Source of the DNA: Methanospirillum sp.
GTDB lineage: Archaea; Halobacteriota; Methanomicrobia; Methanomicrobiales; Methanospirillaceae
Reading direction: 5' to 3' (one strand)
DNA length: 64,000 nt
Assembly (NCBI RefSeq): GCF_041859935.1
Contig: NZ_JBFLGE010000002.1
The notes under the pieces were generated by a model. It made no database searches and had not been told where the DNA came from. It saw only the letters and a list, made by a program, of their open reading frames with translations. This document shows, in pieces, positions 18,870-28,099 of the stretch. Position 1 is the first letter of the stretch. Every line of letters starts with the position of its first letter. The translations under genes and the position numbers were made by a program.

Positions 18870-19259
18870 TCACTTTTCTTCCCATGGTTCCAGTCCGTTT
18901 TTTATTCGGTAATCATTTATGGCCTTGTGGATCCCATCCTCGGCAAGGACAGAGCAGTGAACTTTCGCAGGTGGCAGCCCTTCAAGAGCTTCAACCACAG
19001 CCTTGTTTGACATATCCCATGCTTCTTTCAGGGTTTTACCCCTGATTAGTTCGGTTGCCATGCTGCTTGACGCAATTGCAGCACCACATCCAAAGGTCTG
19101 GAATTTTACATCAGTGATGACATCATTCGAGACCTTAATAAATATCCGCATTATATCCCCGCAGGAAGGATTTCCTACCTCTCCGATACCATCAGCATCA
19201 GGTATCTCCCCCTGGTTTCGGGGGTTCATAAAATGGTCCATTACTTTTTCGCTATACAT
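18870..19259 (-). CDS. iscU: Fe-S cluster scaffold protein IscU/NifU-like
   Basis: 129 aa; three scaffold Cys contexts (NPSCGD, FGCGAAIASS, HCSVLA). Confidence 0.9.
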   Translation of the reverse strand: MYSEKVMDHFMNPRNQGEIPDADGIGEVGNPSCGDIMRIFIKVSNDVITDVKFQTFGCGAAIASSSMATELIRGKTLKEAWDMSNKAVVEALEGLPPAKVHCSVLAEDGIHKAINDYRIKNGLEPWEEK

Positions 19260-20447
19260 TTATTGACCTCTTTTCAGGTGATCGGCATACAGGGGTGACA
19301 TTGTACGCAGCCGCTTAACCGCTTTTTTAATCTCTGCAAGAACATATTCCACATCCTTTTCAGTGTTTTCCTGACCAAGGGTAAGTCTGAGTGATCCATG
19401 TGCAATTTCGGCAGGAACCCCGATTGCAAGAAGCACATGAGACGGTTCAAGCGATCCTGATGAACATGCACTTCCAGTTGATGCGGCAATTCCTGCATTA
19501 TCAAGTAGCAGCAATAGGGATTCCCCTTCAATAAACTCGAAACAAACATTGATATTTCCTGGCAATCTTCCTTTGCGGTCTCCGTTAAGTCTTGTATATG
19601 GGATTTCAGTCAGAATTCTGTCAAGCAGATTATCCCTGAGTTTTTGTATCCGGGGAATAAAAATGTCAATGTTCTGATATGCTTTCTCTATTGCAGTCCC
19701 AAGACCTACAATACCAGGAACATTCTCCGTTCCTGCTCTTTTTCTTCGTTCCTGTGCTCCTCCATGTAAATATCCGTCTATCCTGATTCCTTTTTTGACA
19801 TAGAGGGCTCCAACCCCTTTTGGTCCGTAGAATTTGTGTGCAGACAGGGACATGAGATCGATATTCATCTCTGTAACATCAATATGGACATTGCCAATCG
19901 CCTGTACGGCATCGGTATGAAATATCACTCCGTTTTCCCTGCATATTGCTCCTATCTCTTTGATCGGCTGAATTGTCCCTATTTCGTTGTTGGCAAACAT
20001 AATCGAGACAAGGATGGTCTTGTCGGTTATGGCATTTCTGAGGTCTTCGACTTGAACCTGTCCTGCATTATCGACCGGAAGATAGGTAACCCTGAACCCC
20101 TGTTTTTCAAGGTACTCACAGGTGTGGATAACAGCATGGTGCTCGATTGCAGAGGTGATGATATGATCACCTTTTTTCCGGTTGGAAAATGCAATCCCTT
20201 TAAGCGCCCAGTTATCTGATTCTGTCCCTCCGGAAGTAAAGTAGATCTCCTCAGACTGTGCTTCCAGGGCAGATGCAACCTTCTTCCTGGCATCATCAAT
20301 TGCAGATTTTGATTCACGTGCAAGTTGATACAGGGAAGACGGGTTGCCATACTGCTTTGAATACCAGGGAAGCATGGTTTTTACCACGTCAGGATCAGTT
20401 GCGGTTGTGGCACTATGATCCATGTACACCATTTTTTGATTGACCAT
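19260..20447 (-). CDS. iscS: Cysteine desulfurase (IscS/NifS class I)
   Basis: 395 aa; PLP lysine context SAHKFYGPKG; active-site loop STGSACSSG; abuts iscU. Confidence 0.9.
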   Translation of the reverse strand: MVNQKMVYMDHSATTATDPDVVKTMLPWYSKQYGNPSSLYQLARESKSAIDDARKKVASALEAQSEEIYFTSGGTESDNWALKGIAFSNRKKGDHIITSAIEHHAVIHTCEYLEKQGFRVTYLPVDNAGQVQVEDLRNAITDKTILVSIMFANNEIGTIQPIKEIGAICRENGVIFHTDAVQAIGNVHIDVTEMNIDLMSLSAHKFYGPKGVGALYVKKGIRIDGYLHGGAQERRKRAGTENVPGIVGLGTAIEKAYQNIDIFIPRIQKLRDNLLDRILTEIPYTRLNGDRKGRLPGNINVCFEFIEGESLLLLLDNAGIAASTGSACSSGSLEPSHVLLAIGVPAEIAHGSLRLTLGQENTEKDVEYVLAEIKKAVKRLRTMSPLYADHLKRGQ

Positions 20448-20534
20448 ATTATGTCTGTAATAATTTGGATCTGTTAACTGATGAGCAGTTCGCCATCAGA
20501 TGACCGGGGTTTTGTTCACCGTCTGTTTTCATCT

Positions 20535-21443
20535 TTATGTGATGCGTTTTTCCTGAAGGACAGCACAGACCTGGCATACTCTGCCGGAACCAGGCCACCC
20601 GCAGTGTATACAGGCCTGATATGAGTCCCTGATAAATAAATCACCAAGCCGTTCTCTTATTTCTTCTTCAAAGCGGGCAGCATTCCTCATGGAACCCGGA
20701 TGATCCCGCTCATACCTGTAAAGGAGTGTCCGCACTTCTCCCCTGAGAGAAGATACTGCATAAGGGCACTCAGGCAGATTGCGAAATAATCCGTTAAGCA
20801 TTGCATAAAGGGTAACTTCACGTTCACTCACCTCTGAAAAGGGTTTAATCCTGCGTGTATACCAGGAGGATTCAGCAAGTCCTGTAAAGGTTTTTTTCAC
20901 ATCTGCGGATATTGCATTCATAAGAGCGGTCTGTGCATGGTCATCCTGGTTGTGTCCTGTAGCAATAACCCGGATTTTTTGTTCCTTAGCCAGCATCTCC
21001 AGGGCACGACGGCGCAAAATTCCGCAGATAGTACAGGCATTTCGCTCTGAACCGGCAACTAACTGGTCAAGTGAGTGCCCGAACACATCATGGAACCGGA
21101 TTATTTGATGAGGTACATCAAGTGTTTTGCAGATCTCTTCTGCTGCCTGAATGGTGTCCTGTCGGTATCCTTCAATACCTTCATCCACGGTAAGTGCTAA
21201 AAAACTGCAAGGAAGTTCACTGCGTATCCTGCAGAATGCTTTTAGCAGGGCGGTGCTGTCCTTTCCTCCGGAAAAAGCAATACCTATCACCGGAGGAAGA
21301 CGGATTTTTTTCAGATATGAAAGCACCTGTCCCTCTACAAATGCCATGAGATGATCCCGGCAAAGATGAATCTTCCTGACCCGGTCAAAGTAGACTGCAG
21401 GTCTTTGACAATGAACGCAGATTTTCTGATAGTTATCCGCCAT
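20535..21443 (-). CDS. tRNA 2-thiolation PP-loop ATPase, TtuA/Ncs6 family
   Basis: 302 aa; N- and C-terminal CxxC Zn fingers; AFSGGKDSTALL PP-loop; CTICG and ECPY cluster-ligand contexts. Confidence 0.78.
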   Translation of the reverse strand: MADNYQKICVHCQRPAVYFDRVRKIHLCRDHLMAFVEGQVLSYLKKIRLPPVIGIAFSGGKDSTALLKAFCRIRSELPCSFLALTVDEGIEGYRQDTIQAAEEICKTLDVPHQIIRFHDVFGHSLDQLVAGSERNACTICGILRRRALEMLAKEQKIRVIATGHNQDDHAQTALMNAISADVKKTFTGLAESSWYTRRIKPFSEVSEREVTLYAMLNGLFRNLPECPYAVSSLRGEVRTLLYRYERDHPGSMRNAARFEEEIRERLGDLFIRDSYQACIHCGWPGSGRVCQVCAVLQEKRIT

Positions 21444-21627
21444 GGGAGATCTGAATTACCCTGATTAAGTCCTCTTCTTTTGGAATCGTATCTTCCGGTA
21501 TTATCTCATCATCCCTGGAAAGCATGGTCGTGAGGGGATCAATGTTCATTTCTATCAGGATCTCTTCGATAGTCCTCCCATTCACATTAAGTTTTAATTC
21601 TGATTGATCAGGCAGGAAGAGTATCAT
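21433..21627 (-). CDS. ThiS/MoaD-fold ubiquitin-like sulfur carrier (C-terminal Gly-Gly)
   Basis: 64 aa ending ..ISHGG; overlaps the start of the TtuA-like gene by 11 nt. Confidence 0.65.
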   Translation of the reverse strand: MILFLPDQSELKLNVNGRTIEEILIEMNIDPLTTMLSRDDEIIPEDTIPKEEDLIRVIQISHGG

Positions 21628-21999
21628 TGGTACAATAGTTTTGGTGTTTATTCAGATATGTCTGATGATGGCAACATAAGAAGAGAAAGGAGATTTGTTC
21701 TCTTATGTATATCATCATACGATTTATAAATCAAATGGCATCATTTTTGTATTTTATTTTAAATCTCTGTCAAAAGAAATAAATCAGGATGAATCTTATT
21801 AATTCAGGACCAAACTCTGCAATATCGCCTTTTCATTCTATTGTAAATATGCAATATGTAGGATATGCAGGATGTCCACTGGTTTTTTATCGTGCGAATA
21901 TACGCTATGTATCTCTATTCTGCTTTGAGTTTCACAGATTTAACAGTGAAATATCAGCAGTCAGTTAGATAATTACAGGTAACCTATACACGTCCGGTT

Positions 22000-22026
22000 A
22001 AAAAAAAGAGCTGGTTTATACCAGCT
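22000..22026 (-). terminator. mtr operon terminator: 7-bp hairpin enclosing the mtrH stop codon, followed by a T8 tract
   Basis: Minus strand reads AGCTGGT-ATAA-ACCAGCT then CTTTTTTTT; the TAA stop lies in the loop. Confidence 0.6.
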
Positions 22027-23044
22027 TGTTGATTGGGTGGATGTCGGTCTGTACATCGCCACCGAGTTCACGGAGTGTCTCGGCAAGAACGATATCAGTG
22101 AATGCCATTGCGGTTGCAGTTGCTTCACAGTTCTCGATTGGACCGAACATGATAAGGTCAGCACCAAGGGTTGCAGCCAGAATGTTACAGCCGATATCTG
22201 CAGAGGACCAGGCAGCCTGACGGATACCCTCAACACCGCCAAAGTGGTGGTGGCTCATCTGTTCAAGAAGGATTTCTGCTCCATCTTGTTTGTACCGGTC
22301 AAGGATGCCGCTCTTTCTCCAGCGTTTGAGCCAGGTCCAAGCAACAGTCATATTGTGATATGCACCACCGGTTGGCAGACCATGGATTGCTTTACAGGCA
22401 AGAATTTCACGGAATGAACCTCCGGAACCAAGACCGAGCGGGGTTGCGGCAGTATCAAGAAGTGGACGTGTAATTCCACATTCCTCAGCGATTCCCAGCA
22501 TAGATTTCTCCTGGCCGGCAACACCACCCTCCGTCAGTACTTTCTCACGACCACGGACACTTGGGTCTCCAGGGTTGAATGCGAGTACAATGGCTGAGTC
22601 TACGTCACTGTTCTTCAGTGCTTCTATGTTTTCCGGTCCGATGGAGCCGTTGATAGAGTTGTAGACTGCACGGTCTGCAATCCCTGCATCGGTAACATAC
22701 TTACATGCATGTGCAAGTGCTGGAGGAGCTGAAGAGTCCATCAGGAACGGGAACTGATCATCAATCTCACAGAACCAGTCGATGTAACTCTCAAAAGCTT
22801 CACCGAACTCGGCCATTATCTGGATAATATACCAGTTACCGGTTATATCATAAAGTTCAAGACATCGGTTCCAGAGCGCCTCTGCTTTTGCTTTATCGAT
22901 CTTTCCGGTATGGTCATCGAGCACGGTCTCGTGTTTATTATAGAATATCGATGCACCGAGGACACGGGGGTATTCTCCCGGCTGTCCTCCGATTTTGTAA
23001 CCATTGAAGTCAAGGACTGTCTGTTCCTTTTCAAACATGAACAT
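22016..23044 (-). CDS. mtrH: Tetrahydromethanopterin S-methyltransferase subunit H
   Basis: 342 aa; MFMFEKEQTV..GGQPGEYP N-terminus typical of MtrH; operon position. Confidence 0.93.
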   Translation of the reverse strand: MFMFEKEQTVLDFNGYKIGGQPGEYPRVLGASIFYNKHETVLDDHTGKIDKAKAEALWNRCLELYDITGNWYIIQIMAEFGEAFESYIDWFCEIDDQFPFLMDSSAPPALAHACKYVTDAGIADRAVYNSINGSIGPENIEALKNSDVDSAIVLAFNPGDPSVRGREKVLTEGGVAGQEKSMLGIAEECGITRPLLDTAATPLGLGSGGSFREILACKAIHGLPTGGAYHNMTVAWTWLKRWRKSGILDRYKQDGAEILLEQMSHHHFGGVEGIRQAAWSSADIGCNILAATLGADLIMFGPIENCEATATAMAFTDIVLAETLRELGGDVQTDIHPINKLV

Positions 23045-23055
23045 GGCTTATCACC

Positions 23056-23802
23056 TTAATGTGCGAGTATTTCGAGCAATTTTGGTAGTAATTCAATTAC
23101 GATTATGTAGGTCATGAGTCCGGCCACGATACCGTATAATATACCAATATCGCGTCCGACTTTCCGGCCGACACGTTGGGCAATCTCACCCTCGACAAAC
23201 TCGAGTTGTTCTTCGATTTTATCCAGTTTTGTTTCGATTTCAAGGAACTGTGGGTTTGCAGTTGCAGTTGCAGCAGCGCCTCCGGCACCGCCCTCATCCT
23301 TGATTTCAACAACCATTGGACCATCAGGGAACACGCCTGGGTCACGGGCTACCAGCTCATTTATCTTGGCTGTAATAGCGCCGACATCCTCGGATTCCAT
23401 GATGTCAACAACTTCGACCTGTTCCTGGAACCTCTTGATATGATCATCAGAAAGATTCTCGATGAACGGAATTGCTCCTTTGGATCCTACGATTTTACCG
23501 CCTTCAACACCATTCTGATGAAGTGCGATAAAGCTCTGGCCGGAAAGGTGTCCCTTGACTTCAGTACCACAGGTAATAATAAACCGGATATTCGGGTTGG
23601 AGATAACATTTGCAATTACTTTCTCCAGACCGAGGTTCTCAGTTTTACAAGATCCTGTGATAGCTGCACCTGCACTACAGATTGCAGCTTCGTCAAGATG
23701 GGAACCCATGGTGACTACTGCTACCGGGCTTTTTGGATCGCCGGTGTGAAAGTCTCCCTGGACAATTGGCCAGCCTGATGCAGTCTCTCCTTTATCTGCC
23801 AT
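23056..23802 (-). CDS. mtrG: MtrA-like corrinoid domain fused to an MtrG-like C-terminus
   Basis: 248 aa. Residues 1-170 match the upstream MtrA at 148/170 positions (hand alignment). Residues 186-248 carry the MtrG-type motif [19 protein letters not shown] plus a TM helix. There is no separate mtrG ORF. Confidence 0.75.
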   Translation of the reverse strand: MADKGETASGWPIVQGDFHTGDPKSPVAVVTMGSHLDEAAICSAGAAITGSCKTENLGLEKVIANVISNPNIRFIITCGTEVKGHLSGQSFIALHQNGVEGGKIVGSKGAIPFIENLSDDHIKRFQEQVEVVDIMESEDVGAITAKINELVARDPGVFPDGPMVVEIKDEGGAGGAAATATANPQFLEIETKLDKIEEQLEFVEGEIAQRVGRKVGRDIGILYGIVAGLMTYIIVIELLPKLLEILAH

Positions 23803-24005
23803 TAGAATCCTCCGAGCAGAATTACTGGTACAACCAGAATCAGGGCAAAGACAAGACCGATTGCAAATCCGACAATACCCGAGCCCATGATACCGGATTC
23901 AAGTTTGTTGGTACGTGCAAGGATCTGTCCCTTGTATTTCATGTCAACCATCATGGCATCAATTGCTGCCATTCGTATCGGTCCTGACTTCTTCTCATCT
24001 GACAC
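23802..24005 (-). CDS. mtrF: Tetrahydromethanopterin S-methyltransferase subunit F
   Basis: 67 aa; MtrF-like pattern (..[18 protein letters not shown].. then a TM helix); position after mtrA. Confidence 0.7.
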   Translation of the reverse strand: MSDEKKSGPIRMAAIDAMMVDMKYKGQILARTNKLESGIMGSGIVGFAIGLVFALILVVPVILLGGF

Positions 24006-24740
24006 TTAGCTCACCCCGTGTCCCATAAGCAGGAGTCCCACGATCACGAATGAAACTATAAGGCCTATCATTAGACCTTCAACTTTGCCACCATATACGC
24101 CGGCAGCATACTTGTCATAAAAGCCAATATCGGTTATCATCCGCTGGACAGTTTTCATCCGTGCATGAATCAGGGCAACTTCTGCAGACATTGGTCTTAC
24201 TTCGCCGCCTTCTTCAGCAGCTCCTCCGCTTTCATCCTTGATCTCAACGATCATGGCGTCAGCATCGAATGCACCTGGATCTTTGGCAGTTAATTCGTTT
24301 ATCTTCGCTGTTATTGCTCCGACATCCTCAGATTCCATGATGTCAACGAACTCGACCTGTTCCTGGAATCTTTTGAGATGGTCTTCGGAGAGGTTCTCAA
24401 TAAACGGAATTGCTCCTTTTGATCCTACGATCTTACCACCGTCAACACCATTTTGATGAAGTGCAATAAGACTCTGGCCGGAAAGGTGTCCTTTAACCTC
24501 TGTACCACAGGTTATTACAAACCTGATATTAGGGTTGGAGATAACGTTTGCAATTACTTTCTCCAGACCGAGGTTTTCGGTTTTACAGGATCCGGCGATG
24601 GCTGCTCCTGCATTGCAGATTGCACTCTCATCAAGGTGGGATCCCATGGTAACAACTGCCACCGGGCTGTTTGGATCACCCGTATGGAAGTCACCCTGAA
24701 CGATAGGCCATCCACTGGCCGGTGATTTCTTGTTTGCCAT
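24006..24740 (-). CDS. mtrA: Tetrahydromethanopterin S-methyltransferase subunit A
   Basis: 244 aa; [27 protein letters not shown] (His ligand context), C-terminal TM helix. Confidence 0.92.
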   Translation of the reverse strand: MANKKSPASGWPIVQGDFHTGDPNSPVAVVTMGSHLDESAICNAGAAIAGSCKTENLGLEKVIANVISNPNIRFVITCGTEVKGHLSGQSLIALHQNGVDGGKIVGSKGAIPFIENLSEDHLKRFQEQVEFVDIMESEDVGAITAKINELTAKDPGAFDADAMIVEIKDESGGAAEEGGEVRPMSAEVALIHARMKTVQRMITDIGFYDKYAAGVYGGKVEGLMIGLIVSFVIVGLLLMGHGVS

Positions 24741-24749
24741 TTCTCTCCC

Positions 24750-25034
24750 TCACATTAATGCCAGAACGATAATTCCGGCGACCAGGAGTCCTACAGCAAG
24801 TCCATAGAACATGGCGGTAATTCCACCGGCGTACATCAGGGATTTCTCACGATTCGGGAATGTTTCCAGGAAACTACCTTCTCCGGAGAGCATGCCGACA
24901 ATGTCGTCAGTGATCTTTTCAAGCTTGTTTACCTGTTCCACGACCGGTGCTAATGATTCGCCCTGCTGGGTAACGAATCCTGCAAATACATCACATCCAA
25001 GACCGAAGTCTGGAAGGACCGGAATCCAGGTCAT
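24750..25034 (-). CDS. mtrB: Tetrahydromethanopterin S-methyltransferase subunit B
   Basis: 94 aa with a C-terminal TM helix; position between mtrC and mtrA. Confidence 0.8.
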   Translation of the reverse strand: MTWIPVLPDFGLGCDVFAGFVTQQGESLAPVVEQVNKLEKITDDIVGMLSGEGSFLETFPNREKSLMYAGGITAMFYGLAVGLLVAGIIVLALM

Positions 25035-25933
25035 TACTCGTTCCCTCCAACTTCGATGATTGGTTTGGCATCAAGCCATGCATATGCATCACGCTTTGAA
25101 AGCTCGATGTACTGCTTGTACGAGTAAATCCAGCCTATCAATGAGATGATAACCCCCACGGTTGCCGACATCATGTCAAGGAATGCATAGGACATGATTG
25201 CAACAACAAACATGGAAAGGAATCCTACTTCGATGGCCAGCATTAAAGTTCTGTCCTGTGTTTCATTTGGACCAAGACAGGCGTTAAACGGGTGCTGCAA
25301 TGCAATTGCTCCAAGGAAAAATATCACAATTAATGCTGCACCACCAATCAGTGAACCAGAAAATTCAGGTAATACCGTCACCATGAACGTCTGAACTCCC
25401 CCGGCTGCTGCTTCTGCTGCAGGTTCCATGGAGAGTGTCATGCCACCGATGACAAGATCATTGAACATGAAGCTTCCTCTGCACATTGCAGCAAATCCAA
25501 GCATGGTCAGTGCTCCGACAATTGATAATTTCATGAGTGAAATGATCATCACCGGAATGTTCATGTTTATGATGTTGTTTGCACAGTAACCGATGACTGC
25601 TCCAAGGATTGCTGCAATAATCAGAGTTACAATTGGGGCGGCGAGACCGAATTTTGTTCCTGCTATCATAGCGATTGCACCGGCTCCGAATGCCACCATT
25701 CCGGCAGACGGAACTCCAGTACCAAGACCATAACTACACAGGTGTTTGATTGTATCTGAACCCCACCAAATTGCTGCAATGGCACCAATTCCACCAAAGA
25801 ATGAGAAAACTGCAATGCCTGTTACAACATTAAGATATGTGAGGTACGTGCCGACTAAGGCAACAACAATCCCATAGATCATCAAGGTGTTTTCAGATAA
25901 CTTCCCTGCTGATGCTTCCATTTTTACTGCCAT
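25034..25933 (-). CDS. mtrC: Tetrahydromethanopterin S-methyltransferase subunit C
   Basis: 299 aa polytopic; operon position. Confidence 0.85.
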   Translation of the reverse strand: MAVKMEASAGKLSENTLMIYGIVVALVGTYLTYLNVVTGIAVFSFFGGIGAIAAIWWGSDTIKHLCSYGLGTGVPSAGMVAFGAGAIAMIAGTKFGLAAPIVTLIIAAILGAVIGYCANNIINMNIPVMIISLMKLSIVGALTMLGFAAMCRGSFMFNDLVIGGMTLSMEPAAEAAAGGVQTFMVTVLPEFSGSLIGGAALIVIFFLGAIALQHPFNACLGPNETQDRTLMLAIEVGFLSMFVVAIMSYAFLDMMSATVGVIISLIGWIYSYKQYIELSKRDAYAWLDAKPIIEVGGNE

Positions 25934-25943
25934 TGTTTTCTCC

Positions 25944-26786
25944 TCACATTCCGGTGTTTAATACAATCACCATCGATATTAAGCCACAGAAGGCTGATGC
26001 GACTGCACAACCAATTATAGCTCGTGGAACGCGTTTGAATTTAGGATCATGCGGTCCCTCGATAGTTCCGGTGATGTTATATGCTGCCAGTACTGCGTTT
26101 ACCAGGAAAAACCCGATAGCAAAGATACCGGCAAGTGATACTGCCAAAGGCTGGATTGCATCTGGACTGGCCTGCATGATGACCGGAAGACCCGCTTGAT
26201 AGATCCCTAATAATGCAAGATAGATCAGTGTTCCTCCAAGACCTGTGACAATTCCACCAATAACTCCTCCGAAGAAGGAGATGAAAGGCAGACCATGTCC
26301 TTCAGTTCCCTGTGATTTATATTCAGGGAATGTGTCTCCGGTGATCGGATCCTTGGCAACTTTACCTGATGCAGCAGGGATACCCATCGCGAAGACATAG
26401 GTGGCATTGACCATCATACAGGTGATGGACATCATCAGACCTCCACCTACAGCACCTCCGGCAATTGCTACTGCCAGGTCACCGGTTGCGTCATATGCCC
26501 AGGCCCCGCCAAACAGACCTGCAAGACCGGCACCGGCGGCAAGCATGGCTACACCGGTAGCAATACCCGGTGCCTGTCCCATAGCTGCCGGAGCACCACC
26601 GACTGGCACAAAGTGAACGCCAAAGCCGACGAATGCTCCACCGATTATTATTCCGATTAGAGGAATTATTGAGAAACCAAGTGCGTATGTTGCAGCGATC
26701 GAGACGAGGAGAATAACAATACCTACGATAGTTCCGGCTGGGTTAATTCCTTCCCCACCGGCTGCCGCACCCCCGAGTGCACTCAT
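25944..26786 (-). CDS. mtrD: Tetrahydromethanopterin S-methyltransferase subunit D
   Basis: 280 aa polytopic; VHFVPVGGAPAAMGQ motif; 4-nt overlap with mtrE. Confidence 0.88.
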   Translation of the reverse strand: MSALGGAAAGGEGINPAGTIVGIVILLVSIAATYALGFSIIPLIGIIIGGAFVGFGVHFVPVGGAPAAMGQAPGIATGVAMLAAGAGLAGLFGGAWAYDATGDLAVAIAGGAVGGGLMMSITCMMVNATYVFAMGIPAASGKVAKDPITGDTFPEYKSQGTEGHGLPFISFFGGVIGGIVTGLGGTLIYLALLGIYQAGLPVIMQASPDAIQPLAVSLAGIFAIGFFLVNAVLAAYNITGTIEGPHDPKFKRVPRAIIGCAVASAFCGLISMVIVLNTGM

Positions 26787-27682
26787 GACGAGGCCTCCTC
26801 AGCAGCAACGTATGGTCCGTAGGTCTTCCGGCCCCACACTTCGATCCAGCGATCGATGAATGTGAAGATAAGAATCAGAACAACTCCCATGATAATTGCT
26901 CCCCAGCCGGCCACCATCTTCTCAAAGATGACGGTACGCCAGAGTTCAAGGAAAACAATCAGTCCAAAACAGATACCTGAAGCCGGACCGGCAAACTTGG
27001 TAGTAAACCAGCCATTGTCAAGGGATGAACGTTGTCCTGCTTCTGCATACCGGACGATGTTTCCGGATGCGGAAATCGGAACACCTGCACCAAACTTCTG
27101 GTTCTGGTACTGACGCTCCTTTCCGTAGAAAGGATTTCCTGTTGCAGACCCTGCAGCACCAAGTGCAATACCCCATACCAGTCCGAGCAGGGGGAGTGCA
27201 AACGGATGATGGAGTACTGATGCCATCAGGTAACACATCGCAACCGTACAAAAGATCGCGACGAACGCATGTGCCATAGTGACCGATAACAGTGACTTTA
27301 TGATGTCAATGTATACCGGTTGCTGAAACTTTGCCAGACTTGCTGTTCGGCCAAGATAACCGGATGTACAGTAGACTCCCTGCACAAATACCGCGATAAC
27401 TGAACCGAGAATAATAGCAAGTGCCGGATTGAAGTTAATATGCATCAGTGCCCAGGCAACACCTGCTCCAATGACACACCAGGCTCCATATGCTGGTGGC
27501 TCACCGGAAATTGCCTTGTTAAAGATGCGGTGAATATAACCCATCTGCGGAGCGAGCTGAACCTGTGAGTTCGGGTCACCCTGTGAACCGATATCAGATT
27601 CAGTATCTTCCGCAGCACCGGCAACTGTGGCAAAAGCTCCTGCTAATGCAGTAATACCAATGCCTAATACAATCTCTTCCAT
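26783..27682 (-). CDS. mtrE: Tetrahydromethanopterin S-methyltransferase subunit E
   Basis: 299 aa polytopic; AEDTESDIGSQGDPNSQVQLAPQMG loop typical of MtrE; AGGAGAT RBS upstream. Confidence 0.92.
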   Translation of the reverse strand: MEEIVLGIGITALAGAFATVAGAAEDTESDIGSQGDPNSQVQLAPQMGYIHRIFNKAISGEPPAYGAWCVIGAGVAWALMHINFNPALAIILGSVIAVFVQGVYCTSGYLGRTASLAKFQQPVYIDIIKSLLSVTMAHAFVAIFCTVAMCYLMASVLHHPFALPLLGLVWGIALGAAGSATGNPFYGKERQYQNQKFGAGVPISASGNIVRYAEAGQRSSLDNGWFTTKFAGPASGICFGLIVFLELWRTVIFEKMVAGWGAIIMGVVLILIFTFIDRWIEVWGRKTYGPYVAAEEASS

Positions 27683-27820
27683 GTAAACCTATCTCCTGCG
27701 TAGCTCAAGATCAAACACAAGAGTGCTCGCGTTGCAATACCACACACATGGCATATCAGACCTGTTGTGGTAATTGATTTGTTCGGTCAGTATTGAATTA
27801 AAGGTTTCGAAATAACGTTG

Positions 27821-27830
27821 ATTTATAAGG
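27821..27830 (-). promoter_or_regulatory. Candidate TATA box for the mtr operon
   Basis: Minus strand CCTTATAAAT about 140 nt upstream of the mtrE ATG, downstream of two T-tract terminator signals. Confidence 0.35.
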
Positions 27831-27899
27831 ATATGACCCTTCACCTGAAAAAAAGAAGGCAAATTGAAGGATTTCACTAAGGCGATTCTGACATAACTC

Positions 27900-27923
27900 A
27901 AAAAAACTTGTTTTCAAAACAAG
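27900..27923 (-). terminator. Hairpin plus T7 terminator-like element
   Basis: Minus strand CTTGTTTTGAAAACAAG followed by TTTTTTT; about 180 nt downstream of the radical SAM gene stop. Confidence 0.5.
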
Positions 27924-28099
27924 AGAGTCTGAGTGGATCAGAGAGAGAAAGTATTTCTTCTTCACTTGAAGGAAAGATTATATATATAGGGTTCGGGTGT
28001 GAAAAACGCGGAATCGATGATTATGCGCGTGAAGTTCGTTTATCGTCGATTTAACCCTTATTGACATAAAATTGTTCCAAATCTCATGTATCATTGTAT

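Noticed and set aside
21845-21880. Short reiterated ATATGCA/ATATGTA/GATATGCAGGATG motifs in the intergenic region between mtrH and the ThiS-like gene
   Set aside because: The repeats are too short and AT-biased to distinguish from chance in an AT-rich spacer, and there is no matching motif elsewhere in the window.
23176-23778. Long plus-strand ORFs antisense to mtr and mcr genes (for example 23176..23778, 37552..38109, 38908..39411, 39700..40125, 28094..28582)
   Set aside because: They lie entirely within strongly supported minus-strand genes. They have low-complexity or Cys/Ser/Thr-rich unnatural compositions and no recognisable motifs. They are typical shadow ORFs of GC-skewed coding DNA.
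23056-24740. Two MtrA-like genes as an assembly duplication artefact
   Set aside because: The copies differ at many synonymous and 22 of 170 amino-acid positions. They also have entirely different C-terminal segments (MtrA anchor versus MtrG-like), so they are genuine diverged paralogs.
27989-28057. tRNA-like or other structured RNA gene (GGGTT...AACCC closing stem with an internal 9-bp helix)
   Set aside because: There is no cloverleaf and no T-loop or D-loop consensus. The adjacent plus-strand TATA box is too close for the closing stem to be transcribed. It is kept only as part of the low-interest spacer finding.
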